Below, one piece after another: positions 1 through 10,594 of a stretch of 64,000 bases of DNA (position 1 is the stretch's first letter; each line of letters opens with the position of its first letter). The stretch comes from an uncultured Micavibrio sp. (GTDB taxonomy: Bacteria; Pseudomonadota; Alphaproteobacteria; Micavibrionales; Micavibrionaceae): the NCBI GenBank assembly GCA_964352375.1, contig CAYGSA010000001.1:26714-90713 (forward strand). The letters run 5' to 3'. The notes beneath the pieces were generated by a model, which was not told where the DNA came from, searched no databases, and was given only the letters and a program-made list of their open reading frames with translations. The position numbers were made by a program, and so were the translations under genes.

Positions 1-1540
1 GTTCTTTTTCGATCATTATGGCGTCAAGATCAACCAGTACAGGGGCTGGGGCGCTTCCAATTTCAGTGCGGCGGCGGCCGAGTTCAGTGTCTTGGCCGAA
101 CATGGCTTTCAATTCTTTGACCTGTTTTTTGATGCGTGTCCATTGACGCGCTTCGGAGCCGATGAGTGTTTCAAGTTCGTCGCGTTCTTTTGCAAGCGCG
201 TCGTGCTCTGTGCGGATTTCCATCTCCTCCAACTTATGCAGGCGTCGCAAACGTAAGTTCAGGACGGCTTCGGTCTGGACATCAGAGAGTTTAAACGTGT
301 CCATCAAGCACTGTTTTGGCTCGTCTTCGAAACGAATGATACGAATGACCTCATCAATATTGAGAAAAACGATCAGATATCCTTCAAGCACTTCAATACG
401 ATGCAGAACTTTTTCGAGGCGGAAACGTGAGCGACGGACAAGGACTTCCTGTTGGTGGTTCAGCCAATTTTGAAGGGCTTCCTTGATGTTCATGACCTTT
501 GGAACAATACCGCCTTCAAGAACATTTAGGTTCATGTTAAAGCGTGTTTCAAGATCGCACGCGCGGAAGAGAGCCTCCATTAATATATCCGGGTCAACGT
601 TGCGGTTCTTTGGCTCAAGGACGAGTCTGATGTCTTCAGCTGACTCATCGCGCACATCATCGAGGAGCGGAAGCTTTTTGGTGTTTATCAGATCAGCGAT
701 TTTCTCTATGAGCTTTGATTTTTGTACCTGATAGGGAATTTCAGTGACGATGATTTGATACAGCCCTTGCTTTAGGTCTTCTTTATACCATTTTGCACGG
801 ATGCGGAATGCGCCTTTTCCTGTTTCATAGGCCTTTACAATATCTTCTTTTTTCTCAACCAGTGTTCCGCCTGTTGGCATATCGGGGCCTTGGACGATAT
901 CGCAAATTTCTGCAACTGAGGGATCTTTTTCAAGCATGAGCAACATGGCTTCGCAAAGCTCTTCAACGTTGTGTGGAGGTACGTTCGTCGCCATCCCCAC
1001 TGCAATTCCGCTGGAGCCATTTGCAAGGAGGTTAGGAAATGCTGCAGGCAGAACAACAGGTTCGCTTTCTGAGCCGTCATATGTCGGACGGAAATCAACG
1101 GCGTCTTCGTCAATGCCGCGCAGCAATAGTAGTGCAACATCTGTAAGGCGGGCTTCTGTGTAACGCATGGCCGCGGCGTTATCACCATCAATATTTCCGA
1201 AGTTTCCCTGCCCGTCCACGAGCGGATAACGCTGTGAAAAATCTTGGGCGAGACGAACCATTGCATCGTACACAGCAGTATCACCGTGCGGGTGATATTT
1301 ACCGATGACATCACCAACCACGCGGGCTGATTTTTTTGGCTGAAGATTGGGATTTAGCTTTAGCTGATACATCGCATACATCAGACGACGGTGCACGGGT
1401 TTCATGCCGTCACGCACATCGGGCAGTGATCTGCTCATGATCGTCGATAGCGCATAGGAGAGATAGCGATCCGAAAGAATTTCACCCATGGGCTGGTCAA
1501 TTACTTCGGAAATTATATCATTTGCGCTGTTTTTTGACAT
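1..1540 (-). CDS. parC: DNA topoisomerase IV subunit A (ParC), N-terminal ~513 codons; the C-terminus lies beyond the window start
   Basis: Absent from the ORF track because it runs off the edge. Manual minus-strand translation from ATG 1540-1538 stays open to position 1. It reads [57 protein letters not shown]...[59 protein letters not shown]...PPHN. This is a type IIA topoisomerase A subunit with the AAMRYTE catalytic Tyr. The GNFGNIDGD motif and short N-terminus fit ParC better than GyrA. Confidence 0.85.
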   Translation of the reverse strand, partial: MSKNSANDIISEVIDQPMGEILSDRYLSYALSTIMSRSLPDVRDGMKPVHRRLMYAMYQLKLNPNLQPKKSARVVGDVIGKYHPHGDTAVYDAMVRLAQDFSQRYPLVDGQGNFGNIDGDNAAAMRYTEARLTDVALLLLRGIDEDAVDFRPTYDGSESEPVVLPAAFPNLLANGSSGIAVGMATNVPPHNVEELCEAMLLMLEKDPSVAEICDIVQGPDMPTGGTLVEKKEDIVKAYETGKGAFRIRAKWYKEDLKQGLYQIIVTEIPYQVQKSKLIEKIADLINTKKLPLLDDVRDESAEDIRLVLEPKNRNVDPDILMEALFRACDLETRFNMNLNVLEGGIVPKVMNIKEALQNWLNHQQEVLVRRSRFRLEKVLHRIEVLEGYLIVFLNIDEVIRIIRFEDEPKQCLMDTFKLSDVQTEAVLNLRLRRLHKLEEMEIRTEHDALAKERDELETLIGSEARQWTRIKKQVKELKAMFGQDTELGRRRTEIGSAPAPVLVDLDAIMIEKE

Positions 1541-1555
1541 GATTACTCTGTTTTG

Positions 1556-2317
1556 TTACACGGCTAGCTTTGTATTTATTTGATCCGTTTTGGCAGATTG
1601 CTCGCTAAAACGCAAGCCCAGTCTTTCTCTGGCTTCAGGCAGTCCACGGTTGTGTTGCGCAAAGGCCCAGTGGCGGAGAAAATATTCAGTGAGGGTTAAC
1701 CCAGTAATGACATCACTCTCGTTCGGTAGCGTTGCGATGGGCTTTAAGAAATTTGGGAGCGGAAGCAGTTTATCTTTGTATGGCTCTCCAGCCTCTAGAC
1801 TTACAGCGCATCCTGTTTTGGGGGAAACATAGGCGAGTTTATCATTATCCCCTCCCCCCGCGCAACGCGTTAAATCAAGAGAAAATCCTAGCTCCTTTAG
1901 AAATGCGATTTCCCACATGATATATCCTGCGGCCCATATGTCGGTTTCTAGTATTTCGAAGAGCGCTATAAGACCTTTATACAGACCTACATGCCCATCT
2001 TTTTCAGGTAAGCCTTGATCGCATAGGGCGCAAGCGGACTGGAGGGCGGCAAGCTTTAGGGGGTCTTTCATGATGCGTGCAGCGGTGGAGCGAGAGAGTT
2101 CCAGGTTCAGGCTGCCTAGCTCGTCGCTGGTGCGGGCGCGCCAGTTTGCGTCTACGATGTTGCCAACTTCGAGTGTTCCACGGTTTTTTGATGATGATGC
2201 GCCGCGCATGTAGCCTGCTTGACGGCCATGGTCACGTGTCAATAGCGACACAACTGCTCCGCTCTCCCCGTGTGCGCGGGCGGCTAATATTATTGATTCA
2301 TCTTGCCATTGCTCCAT
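1556..2317 (-). CDS. recO: DNA repair protein RecO
   Basis: 253-aa ORF. The N-terminal OB-fold-like segment IILAARAHGESGAVVSLLTRDHGRQAGYMRGASSSKNRGTLEVGN and the length are typical of RecO. Confidence 0.85.
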   Translation of the reverse strand: MEQWQDESIILAARAHGESGAVVSLLTRDHGRQAGYMRGASSSKNRGTLEVGNIVDANWRARTSDELGSLNLELSRSTAARIMKDPLKLAALQSACALCDQGLPEKDGHVGLYKGLIALFEILETDIWAAGYIMWEIAFLKELGFSLDLTRCAGGGDNDKLAYVSPKTGCAVSLEAGEPYKDKLLPLPNFLKPIATLPNESDVITGLTLTEYFLRHWAFAQHNRGLPEARERLGLRFSEQSAKTDQINTKLAV

Positions 2318-2354
2318 GTGTCTATTATGACTTTTTTACGGAAGGTGACAAGCT

Positions 2355-3134
2355 ATGATAATCAAAGTCGGTATTGCAGGCGTTGGAGCAATTGGTGGCG
2401 CTGTGGCGAAGGCTATGGTTGAAGGAACAGATGGATTTACGCTTGATTGTGTTTCTGATCCGCAGAGCAATAAAAACTTTAATGTTTCCAATGTTAGTTT
2501 CGAAGAGATGGCAGATCGCTGTGATCTTATTGTTGAATGTCTTCCCGCCGATGTTGTGCCGCATCTTTGGGCTCCTGTTTTTGCTGCGGGGAAGGATATA
2601 TTATTTATTAGCTCTGCCGCGCTTTTGATTTATCCACATCTTGTTGATGAAGTGTATAAATCTAAAGGAAAAGCCTATCTACCGTCAGGGGCGCTTTGTG
2701 GATTAGATGGTGTAAGAGCCATGAAAGAAATGGGCATTCGCTCTTCTCTTATTGCATCGTCGAAACCTCCTTTTGGATTTTCTGGTGCACCTTATGTTGT
2801 TGAACATGAACTTGATCTTGCGGCGATTAGCGAAAAGATGTGTATCTTTGAGGGGAATGCTTTGGAGGCGGCTAAGGGGTTTCCTGCTAATGTTAATGTT
2901 GCTGCGTCTTTAAGTTTTGCAGGTATCGGCGCCCAAGAGACACGCGTTGAGATCTGGGCTGATCCTGATGCTGTTGGCAATGCACATGAAATCACGGTTA
3001 GGAGTGATTATTCTACGCTGAATGCGCGTATTGAGAATTTGCCTGACCCTGAAAACCCAAAAAGCTCTGTGCTGGCGGCGCAAAGTATTGTCTCGACCTT
3101 GCGGAATATGAACGCGGCTCTTATGCTGACATAA
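2355..3134 (+). CDS. Aspartate dehydrogenase-domain protein (NadX-like NAD(P)-binding oxidoreductase)
   Basis: 259 aa. Has an N-terminal Rossmann motif IKVGIAGVGAIGGAVA. The C-terminal NVNVAASLSFAGIGAQETRVEIWADPDAVGNAHEITVRSD...NPKSSVLAAQS resembles the L-aspartate dehydrogenase family. Confidence 0.65.
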   Translation: MIIKVGIAGVGAIGGAVAKAMVEGTDGFTLDCVSDPQSNKNFNVSNVSFEEMADRCDLIVECLPADVVPHLWAPVFAAGKDILFISSAALLIYPHLVDEVYKSKGKAYLPSGALCGLDGVRAMKEMGIRSSLIASSKPPFGFSGAPYVVEHELDLAAISEKMCIFEGNALEAAKGFPANVNVAASLSFAGIGAQETRVEIWADPDAVGNAHEITVRSDYSTLNARIENLPDPENPKSSVLAAQSIVSTLRNMNAALMLT

Positions 3135-3149
3135 AAATAAGGAGAGCGC

Positions 3150-3800
3150 ATGATTCCAGCTAAGCATTTTTATATGATCCGTCATGGTGAAACTGAGGCA
3201 AACCGTGCCATGATTATGGCGGGGTCACTTGATTCTCCACTTACTGAGACAGGTGTTGAACAAGCGAATCATGCGCGTGATATTGTGGCGCAGTTAGAGG
3301 TCAAACCCGTGGCGATGTTTCATTCTAATCTTTCACGTGCGCGTGATACGGCGCATATTCTGAACGAAGCACTGGATGTCCCTATTTTTGAAGATGCTGA
3401 TCTTGCTGAGTTTCATGCGGGCGACTTTGAGGGGGTGCCTTATCATGAATGTCAGGCGATATTGGATGGGTGGCCCATTATTCCTAATGCTGAAATTCCG
3501 GAAGATTTCTTTGCGCGTGTGAAGCGTGGCAAGATGAGGGCGCTATCACGATTTGAAGGGCCAACTTTGACCGTGTGTCATGGTGGTGTTATGCGTGCTT
3601 TTGGTGAGATTTACGGTGTTTCACCTGCTCCACGGTTTAGGAATGCGCATTTATATGAATTTTACCCCGATCCGGATGATGCCTTTCCGTGGGATGTTTA
3701 CGATTATTCGAGTTGCAAGATCAGTGGATCAGTGTTGCGTCAGGTTTCGAATGCCTATGACATTGACATTGATATTGCGTCAAAAACGGCCAACGCCTGA
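3150..3800 (+). CDS. Histidine phosphatase family protein (phosphoglycerate mutase-like)
   Basis: Has the RHGETEAN catalytic motif at the N-terminus (FYMIRHGETEANR) and a second His motif VCHGGVMRAF. Confidence 0.85.
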   Translation: MIPAKHFYMIRHGETEANRAMIMAGSLDSPLTETGVEQANHARDIVAQLEVKPVAMFHSNLSRARDTAHILNEALDVPIFEDADLAEFHAGDFEGVPYHECQAILDGWPIIPNAEIPEDFFARVKRGKMRALSRFEGPTLTVCHGGVMRAFGEIYGVSPAPRFRNAHLYEFYPDPDDAFPWDVYDYSSCKISGSVLRQVSNAYDIDIDIASKTANA

Positions 3801-4537
3801 CGCGTTTCTTTCACGTCATGCACTCTTAGAATATCAACATGATCAATATTGTATAACGCCGCTGCGATCGACCCTGAGAGACGCTTTTGTGGGTCAGTTT
3901 CGTTTGCAATGGCACCGATAAAGCTTTTACGAGAGACTCCGAGCAGAAGTTTGCATTTAAATTGTTTGAAGATGTGCAGGTTCTTGATGATTTTTACATT
4001 ATGCTCCAGCGTTTTGCCGAAGCCTATACCGGGGTCTAGAATTATGTTTTGATGATTTACACCGTTTTGAGAGCAGAAATTTAGCCGTTCTTCAAAGAAA
4101 GCACAAATCTCGTCTATAACGTTTTCGTATTGCGGTCTATTTTGCATGTCTTGCGGGCTGCCTTGCATATGCATCAGGCAGATGGGGAGCTTGCTTTGTG
4201 CGGCGACACTTACGGATTGTGGATCATGACGCAGGGCGCTGATGTCATTTAACATGGTTGCGCCTGCCTCTATTGCGGCTTGCATTGTTTTAGAGTTTCT
4301 TGTGTCGATGGATATATTCGTACCATTAAGGCCTTCTATGGCGGGCTTTATGCGGGTTATTTCTTCGTCTGGATGGATTGTTTTTGCGCCTGGCCTTGTT
4401 GACTCTCCGCCTATATCGAGGATATTTGCGCCGTCATTAAGCAGTTTTTGGCCGTGCTGCACGCCATCATATGTGCCGCCGTCAGAGAAACTGTCTGGGG
4501 TAACGTTTACGACGCCCATGATTTGGGTTTTAGGCAT
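3755..4537 (-). CDS. folP: Dihydropteroate synthase
   Basis: Shows IMGVVNVTPDSFSDGG, ILDIGGESTRPGA, and a C-terminal RVHDV motif. 260 aa. Confidence 0.93.
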   Translation of the reverse strand: MPKTQIMGVVNVTPDSFSDGGTYDGVQHGQKLLNDGANILDIGGESTRPGAKTIHPDEEITRIKPAIEGLNGTNISIDTRNSKTMQAAIEAGATMLNDISALRHDPQSVSVAAQSKLPICLMHMQGSPQDMQNRPQYENVIDEICAFFEERLNFCSQNGVNHQNIILDPGIGFGKTLEHNVKIIKNLHIFKQFKCKLLLGVSRKSFIGAIANETDPQKRLSGSIAAALYNIDHVDILRVHDVKETRQALAVFDAISMSMS

Positions 4538-5021
4538 ATTCGACGCGCTCTATTTGTTGTTCTGGTAAGGCTTCTAACATTTCACTCAGGTTTATATTTA
4601 AAACTGGATGCACCCATTCAGGTGCAACTTCGTTTAGAGGATAAAGGACAAAGGCGCGCTCTTGAAGACGGGGATGGGGGAGCTTCAGTTTGTCCAATTC
4701 ATATATTTCATCGTTATAAAACAGGATATCAAGGTCAAGCACGCGTGGTTCATTTCTTATATTACGTACACGCCCGGCTTTGTTTTCAATTTCTGCGAGG
4801 GTTTTCATAAGGTTTTCAGGCTTATGATTGGTTTTTACGATGCATACGGCATTGTGATACCAAGGCTGGTCAGAGGTTGGTACGGGCGCCGATTTCCAGA
4901 TGCTTGAAAATTTGATGACGTTAATGTCATGATCTTTGAATAGTTGTGGGCAAGCTTGTAATGCTTGATCGGGCGTTCCGTATATACTGTTTAAATTTGC
5001 ACCTAACGCGATGCCAATCAT
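4530..5021 (-). CDS. folK: 2-amino-4-hydroxy-6-hydroxymethyldihydropteridine diphosphokinase
   Basis: Shows MIGIALGANLNS...RVLDLDILFY...LKLPHPRLQERAFVLYPLNEVAP. I moved the start to ATG 5021 because the longer ORF to 5075 overlaps the upstream gene. There is an 8-bp overlap with folP. Confidence 0.88.
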   Translation of the reverse strand: MIGIALGANLNSIYGTPDQALQACPQLFKDHDINVIKFSSIWKSAPVPTSDQPWYHNAVCIVKTNHKPENLMKTLAEIENKAGRVRNIRNEPRVLDLDILFYNDEIYELDKLKLPHPRLQERAFVLYPLNEVAPEWVHPVLNINLSEMLEALPEQQIERVEYA

Positions 5022-5025
5022 CGGC

Positions 5026-5622
5026 CTATGTCGTCCATGTGCGTACGGCGCCTGTATCGACGTGAACAAAACCACTGCGTGGGTAATATCCTACGCCGCC
5101 AGCCTTTAAAGATTGCGCTATATTACGAATTTTTTTAGAGCTAAAACCTGAAATGCGAATATCAGTTGCCTGACCATACATATGGAACGAGTTTGAGGCC
5201 ACGCCCCGAGTCCTGCCGCCGAGCATCGCGTTTGTTTTCGGGCTGCGATATGCTGATAAAATGCTGTACGGGTCATTCGCATCTAATTTTTTATGGATGA
5301 GCGAGAGAATATCAATCACATGCGGATCCATCGGGAAGACTTCCTTTGTGCGGAAGTCGCGAAGAACATAATTTATGCGCTCAAAGGCTTCGGGCAGATA
5401 TTTGTCGCCAACACGGTATACACCTGAGAAGCTCTCACCTGTGTGAGCGTGCCTGAATGCAATTTTCCATGTGCCGTTGTTTGTTGCGGCGGCAGCGCTT
5501 CGGGCAGACACGAATGGTATCATTGATGCAATAAGGCCTGCACTGCCAATTTTTAATAAATCACGGCGCTGTTTATCAAGCTGTTCATTTGTGTTTTGTG
5601 TGTCGAAAAACGTCTTACTCAT
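5026..5622 (-). CDS. DUF882 / peptidase M15A family protein (YcbK/MepK-like) with a twin-arginine signal
   Basis: Tat-like N-terminus QRRDLLKIGSAGLIASMIPFVSARSAAA. Metal-ligand motifs FHMYGQATD and GFVHVDTG are typical of the DUF882 family. Confidence 0.8.
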   Translation of the reverse strand: MSKTFFDTQNTNEQLDKQRRDLLKIGSAGLIASMIPFVSARSAAAATNNGTWKIAFRHAHTGESFSGVYRVGDKYLPEAFERINYVLRDFRTKEVFPMDPHVIDILSLIHKKLDANDPYSILSAYRSPKTNAMLGGRTRGVASNSFHMYGQATDIRISGFSSKKIRNIAQSLKAGGVGYYPRSGFVHVDTGAVRTWTT

Positions 5623-5742
5623 TTTTTCCTCAATACCTTATTTACGCAGTTTTAGTACGTTCATGTTATAGCGGTAGAGTTTTCTACAATAATTGTGATA
5701 ATGTGTAAAGGAAATAATGACTTATACTATTTTGCGCTCTTT

Positions 5743-7038
5743 TTAATCTTGCTCAAGATCCGGGAGGCCGTTTATTTTGTCAAGGGCTATAGCAAGTTTT
5801 TTATTATAGCCGTAGATGTCTTGTCCGTAGATTATTTTTTGACCTGCGCCTAGCCAAACTGTTTGGTACAGAAGGCGGACAGGGATTTTTTCTTTCGCGA
5901 AAATATCTTTTGTTTGTTGATTTTTCAGGTAAGCTTTTACGTCTCGCTGCAAAATAAAGTGCGCGACTTTTTCTGGATTTTGCAGACGGACACAGCCAGA
6001 TGAATAAGAACGTTCCAGATCAGAAAACCCTAGTTCACTGCTGTCATGCAAAAAAATACTGTAATTATTAGGCATTAATATCCGGATTTTACCGAGCGGG
6101 TTTTCTGGTCCTGGTAATTGAACCATGCGCAGTGCGTGGAGCTGCTTACGTGACATCGCACCCCATTCTATTATGGTTGGATCTATTGTTTTCTCTTCTT
6201 TAAAAACTTCCACTTCCTTGTCTCGTAAATAGGCTGGGTTTTGTTTCAATTCTGGCCAAATGTCTTTTTCTTTGATTGTGGACGGGATTGTCCATGTTGG
6301 ATTAAACCGCACCCCTGTAATATTCGTTATAAATGATGGCGTTGGACGGTCTTTGCGGCCAATAATTACGGGCATTTCAAACATGGTCTTGTTTTTTTCA
6401 ATCGCCCATAAACGCGCTGAGGGGATATTTACGATGATAAAACGTCGCGGGTTTTTGCTTGGCAACCAGCGTAGTCGTTCCATATTTAAGGCAAGCTCCC
6501 TTGATGGTTTTATGCTCATCTCTGCTTTTAGGGCTTTGTATGTTTGTGTTTGCGGTGATAAGTTTTCAAGAAACTGTGTTATTGATGTTTGGTTTTGATT
6601 CAGCTTTTTTATTGCTGTTTTGGCACTCATTGACCGTTTCCAATGATTTGGATCAAGGTTTATATCCTCTGGTTCAATCCGCATCCCACTAAGATCACGC
6701 GCATATTTTACATAGGCTTGCGTGAGAAGTATCTCTTTTTGTACAGGCTCTAAATCATCGAAATTGACACTGTATTTTTTGGGATTCAGACCATGATGCC
6801 ATGATTTTTGGAGATATTCATTAAGGACCTTACCATTCTCATTGATTTTGTTGCCCTCCATCCAAAGCGGTGCTCCATCGCGTGTCATGTAAAGCGCATC
6901 AATTTCCTTTTGATATTCGAACGGCTTAGCATAAGTTTGTGCGCCAATGACGCACAAAACCATCGCTAAAAATACGGTTTTAAAGATCAACAAAAGTGTG
7001 TGTCTCTTTTTTTGCTCCTGGGTGGGTGACCGCTCCAT
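5743..7038 (-). CDS. L,D-transpeptidase family protein (YcbB/LdtD-like, YkuD domain)
   Basis: YkuD catalytic region [10 protein letters not shown]...FLHDSSE...SSGCVRL. Signal-peptide-like N-terminus [28 protein letters not shown]. The start is uncertain: the call at 7038 overlaps the ilvD 3' end by 59 bp. Confidence 0.85.
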   Translation of the reverse strand: MERSPTQEQKKRHTLLLIFKTVFLAMVLCVIGAQTYAKPFEYQKEIDALYMTRDGAPLWMEGNKINENGKVLNEYLQKSWHHGLNPKKYSVNFDDLEPVQKEILLTQAYVKYARDLSGMRIEPEDINLDPNHWKRSMSAKTAIKKLNQNQTSITQFLENLSPQTQTYKALKAEMSIKPSRELALNMERLRWLPSKNPRRFIIVNIPSARLWAIEKNKTMFEMPVIIGRKDRPTPSFITNITGVRFNPTWTIPSTIKEKDIWPELKQNPAYLRDKEVEVFKEEKTIDPTIIEWGAMSRKQLHALRMVQLPGPENPLGKIRILMPNNYSIFLHDSSELGFSDLERSYSSGCVRLQNPEKVAHFILQRDVKAYLKNQQTKDIFAKEKIPVRLLYQTVWLGAGQKIIYGQDIYGYNKKLAIALDKINGLPDLEQD

Positions 7039-8704
7039 CGCGTGCAGGGCCTACGGTTTGTGCATATTTCCAGATTGCCCCTGAATTATAATTTGTTTTC
7101 CGTGGCTTCCATGCTTTGCGGCGGACTTCTAGTTCTTCGTCAGAGAGTTTCACATCCATTGTGCCTTCTTCAGCATCAATGCGGATAATGTCGCCGTCTT
7201 TGATGAGGCCAATCGGGCCGCCAACGGCTGCTTCTGGGCCGACATGACCGATACAGAAGCCACGCGTTCCACCGGAGAAACGGCCATCTGTGATGAGGGC
7301 AACTTTACCGCCTGTGCCTTGACCGTATAGTGCGGCGGTGGTGGAGAGCATTTCACGCATTCCGGGGCCGCCCTTTGCGCCTTCGTAGCGGATGACGAGC
7401 ACGTCGCCCTCTTCATATTCGCGGTTTTGGACAGCTTTGAAGCAATCATCTTCGCCGTCAAACACGCGTGCAGGACCTTCGAAAACCAGCTCTTCGAGGC
7501 CTGCGATTTTGACGATTGCACCTTCGGGGGCCAGATTACCCTTCAGGCCAACAACGCCGCCTGTTGGATGGATTGGTGTTTTCACGGGGAAGACAACATC
7601 TTGGTCTTCGGGGAGTTTGATGCCCTCAAGGTTTTCGGCCAGGGTTTTTCCAGTTACTGTGATGCAATCACCATGGAGGTAACCGTTATCGAGAAGTTCT
7701 TTCAAGACAACCCCTACCCCGCCTACGTCGTAGAGGTCTTTGGCGACGTATTTTCCGCCAGGACGAAGATTTGCGATGAGAGGTGTTTTCTTAAAGATTT
7801 CTGCAACATCGAAGAGGTTAAAATCTATGCCTGCTTCATGTGCCATTGCTGGAAGGTGAAGCCCTGCATTTGTTGATCCGCCTGTTGCTGCGACAATCGC
7901 GGCGGCGTTTTCGAGAGATTTACGTGTTACGATGTCACGTGGCCTTGGGCCTCCATTTTTAAGAAGCTCCACGACTGCAGCGCCAGAGGCAGAGGCGTAT
8001 TCGTCGCGTGATTCATAGGGCGCGGGCGCTCCTGCTGAATTTGGTAGTGCGAGGCCGATGGCTTCGGAGACACAGGCCATTGTGTTGGCGGTGAATTGTC
8101 CTCCGCATGCGCCTGCGGATGGGCATGCTACGCATTCGAGCTCATGAAGGTCTTCGTCTGACATGTTTCCTGTTGCGTGTTGGCCGACTGCTTCGAAGAC
8201 GTTGACGACGTCAACATCTTTGCCTTTGAATTTACCGGGAAGGATTGTGCCGCCATACATGAATATGCTTGGCACGTTGAGGCGGATCATCACCATCATC
8301 ATACCAGGGAGCGATTTATCACAGCCTGCGAGACCTACGAGCGCATCATAACAATGACCACGCATTGTGAGCTCGACTGAATCGGCGATGACTTCGCGGG
8401 AGACGAGTGAGGAGCGCATTCCTTCATGGCCCATTGCGATGCCGTCAGTGACGGTGATTGTTGTGAATTCACGCGGCGTAGCACCTGCGCCATCGACACC
8501 TTTTTTAACGGCTTGCGCCTGACGGGAGAGCGCGATGTTACAGGGTGCGGCTTCATTCCAGCATGTTGCAACACCGACCAAAGGCTGGTGGATTTGTTCC
8601 TCTGTCATGCCCATCGCGTAATAGTAAGAGCGGTGCGGCGCGCTTTTTGGCCCCTCGGTGACGTAGCGACTGACGAGTTTAGATTTGTCCCATTTATGGC
8701 TCAT
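6980..8704 (-). CDS. ilvD: Dihydroxy-acid dehydratase
   Basis: 574 aa. Shows [23 protein letters not shown], and [21 protein letters not shown]. Confidence 0.96.
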   Translation of the reverse strand: MSHKWDKSKLVSRYVTEGPKSAPHRSYYYAMGMTEEQIHQPLVGVATCWNEAAPCNIALSRQAQAVKKGVDGAGATPREFTTITVTDGIAMGHEGMRSSLVSREVIADSVELTMRGHCYDALVGLAGCDKSLPGMMMVMIRLNVPSIFMYGGTILPGKFKGKDVDVVNVFEAVGQHATGNMSDEDLHELECVACPSAGACGGQFTANTMACVSEAIGLALPNSAGAPAPYESRDEYASASGAAVVELLKNGGPRPRDIVTRKSLENAAAIVAATGGSTNAGLHLPAMAHEAGIDFNLFDVAEIFKKTPLIANLRPGGKYVAKDLYDVGGVGVVLKELLDNGYLHGDCITVTGKTLAENLEGIKLPEDQDVVFPVKTPIHPTGGVVGLKGNLAPEGAIVKIAGLEELVFEGPARVFDGEDDCFKAVQNREYEEGDVLVIRYEGAKGGPGMREMLSTTAALYGQGTGGKVALITDGRFSGGTRGFCIGHVGPEAAVGGPIGLIKDGDIIRIDAEEGTMDVKLSDEELEVRRKAWKPRKTNYNSGAIWKYAQTVGPARDGAVTHPGAKKETHTFVDL

Positions 8705-8705
8705 G

Positions 8706-9886
8706 TTAGTATATCCCGTATTGTTGTGGAATATGTACTATAGCGGGATGAAAAACTGACGCAAGAGGGTTATGGCCCTGAGGGCGTGTCTTGCTCTGTT
8801 TCGGGCTGCAGCGGGTGGACGGCCTCGCGTGCATACTCCCAGATGGAAAGATTTCTAAACTTTCACATCCATCTAATGAAATCACCGAAGTTTCTGAACG
8901 TGCCCCATCACCAATTTCAATTAATCGATCACAATTTGTTAGGTATATCCCTTTTGTTGTAGATAAGCTGTTTCCTATTCGTGTTAGATTTGAACAATCA
9001 TATAAGTATAGATTTCGAACACTCAAATTGTTTGGTAGACTTTCCAGCCACTTAGCTTGTGTGATTTTAAGTTGGCGATCATAACTGAATCCAACAGGTA
9101 AATTTGCAACCTCATAATATTCACCGCCTTTTTCAAGTAGGCCTGTATGCCCTGCGCTCTCGGTGATTTTCCATTTATTCTCCTTAATAAACTCTTTGAT
9201 CGGGGCGAAATAGTCGGAGCGTGGGGCGCGTTCTCTTTGCCTTTGCATTGTGTGAGGACGCCGTTTATGAATTCTAGGGTGCCGTGTGCCTTATTATTTG
9301 GGCCGCGGAGGGAGTAATATTGGTAGCGATCTGTATTGGCGACTTTATCGTCGTAATTTCCGTTTCCTATGCAATGGCCGAGTTGCGCGGATTCGACGTC
9401 GAGTGCCTTTGCGCTGAGGAGCTGTACGATGCGCCAGCCGTCTTCGGTTTGCATCTTGTCGTTGACTTCGCGCTGGATGCTAACATTTTTGACGGTTTTG
9501 ATGAGGCCTGCCGCTTCGTCATCTTTGAAGGCCGCGCCGGTATTTGCGAATTCCTCACGGAGCTGGCTGGCTTTGGCGCGCATTGCTTTGTCTGCTTTTG
9601 AATATGCATCTGCGAGTGAGCCGATTTGCATGAGCGCTTTGGGTCTGCCTTTATCGTCCAGATCATTTACCCAAGGGTCATTTTCTTTCAGCGCGCCACC
9701 GATCCAGTCTTTGATGTGGCGGAGTGTATCGGCGGAACCGTTTGTGAGGTCCGGGTCAAAGGCATAGACACCGCCTTGCTCGAATTTGGCGGGCGTGAGC
9801 CATTCTGGTGCGTCTTCTGGGTATTGCGAAACAAGAGCAAAGAACTGATCTTCCCGCATCATCGCTTTTTTTAAGGCGATAACCAT
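8706..9886 (-). pseudogene. Frameshifted PcfJ-like protein fused to an LRR-like C-terminal repeat region (two overlapping ORFs, 9023..9886 and 8706..9248)
   Basis: The upstream ORF carries a PcfJ-like core: WRIVQLLSAKALDVESAQLGHCIGNGNYDDKVANTDRYQYYSLRGPNNKAHGTLEFINGVLTQCKGKENAP. The sensible continuation (RSDYFAPIKEFIKENKWKI...) is in the -1 frame, starting around the C4 run at 9223-9226. The downstream part has about 3 Cys-containing leucine-rich-like units (LSVRNLYLYDCSNLTRIGNS / LSTTKGIYLTNCDRLIEIGDGA / SVISLDGCESLEIFPSG). It ends in a low-complexity tail. Confidence 0.6.
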
Positions 9887-10042
9887 ATACTCGCCAAGGC
9901 GCGGTCAGATGTTTCATCCGTTTGTGTACGGAGGAAGTCGTTTATTGCATCTGGGTTGTATATGTTTCGAGCCATGGATCACAATATACCATAATCAAAG
10001 AGTGGTGCAAGATGATCTATCTAGATTTTTTAGTCGGCTTTT

Positions 10043-10594
10043 TTATTTTTCTTGTTTTTGCTGGCGAATTTCTTCTTCCGCTTCTTCGTTGCCTTCTTCA
10101 GCAAGTACCATTTCATTATAATAGCGACGGAAGGATTCTGCATTGCCGATGTAGGGCACACGAATGAGGCGTTGACCTGTACCAGCCACAACAACGGAGG
10201 CATAACCAAAAAGGTGTCCAGGTAGCATACGCTCCAAATCTATACTTTCGATTTTGCTGAGGCGGATATCAACAACATCCATTTGCAATAAGCCGTAACG
10301 AGCAAGTACACGTTTATTTGTAATTGCGAGCAGAAGGTAATGCTGCGTTAATATTGCAACACAAAGCATTAAAATGCCTACAACACCTAAGATAAAACCA
10401 AATGGCTGGATAACAAAAAACATAAATAGTGCCAATAAAAGCACAGCCACTGATTTCCAGTATATCGCACCATGTAATCTTGCGCGAAGTATTATTTCTT
10501 CTCCGGAAACGAGCATCTTCTCAAGCTCATGATCTTGGAAAGACTTTGGTTGTCTGTGGTTTGCACGTTGTTTGTTTGGAGATTTTTTATTCAT
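10043..10594 (-). CDS. Membrane protein with bacterial PH domain (bPH_2/DUF304, YdbS/YdbT-like)
   Basis: 183 aa. Has a basic N-terminus, two hydrophobic helices (SVAVLLLALFMFFVIQPFGFILGVVGILMLCVAIL), then ITNKRVLARYGLLQMDVVDIRLSKIESIDL, typical of bPH_2. Confidence 0.7.
   Translation of the reverse strand: MNKKSPNKQRANHRQPKSFQDHELEKMLVSGEEIILRARLHGAIYWKSVAVLLLALFMFFVIQPFGFILGVVGILMLCVAILTQHYLLLAITNKRVLARYGLLQMDVVDIRLSKIESIDLERMLPGHLFGYASVVVAGTGQRLIRVPYIGNAESFRRYYNEMVLAEEGNEEAEEEIRQQKQEK

Noticed and set aside
162-1317. Small ORFs listed in the track at 162..473, 483..731, 835..1317 and 936..1163
   Set aside because: All lie inside, or antisense to, the partial parC reading frame, which is open from 1540 to the window edge and has clear topoisomerase motifs.
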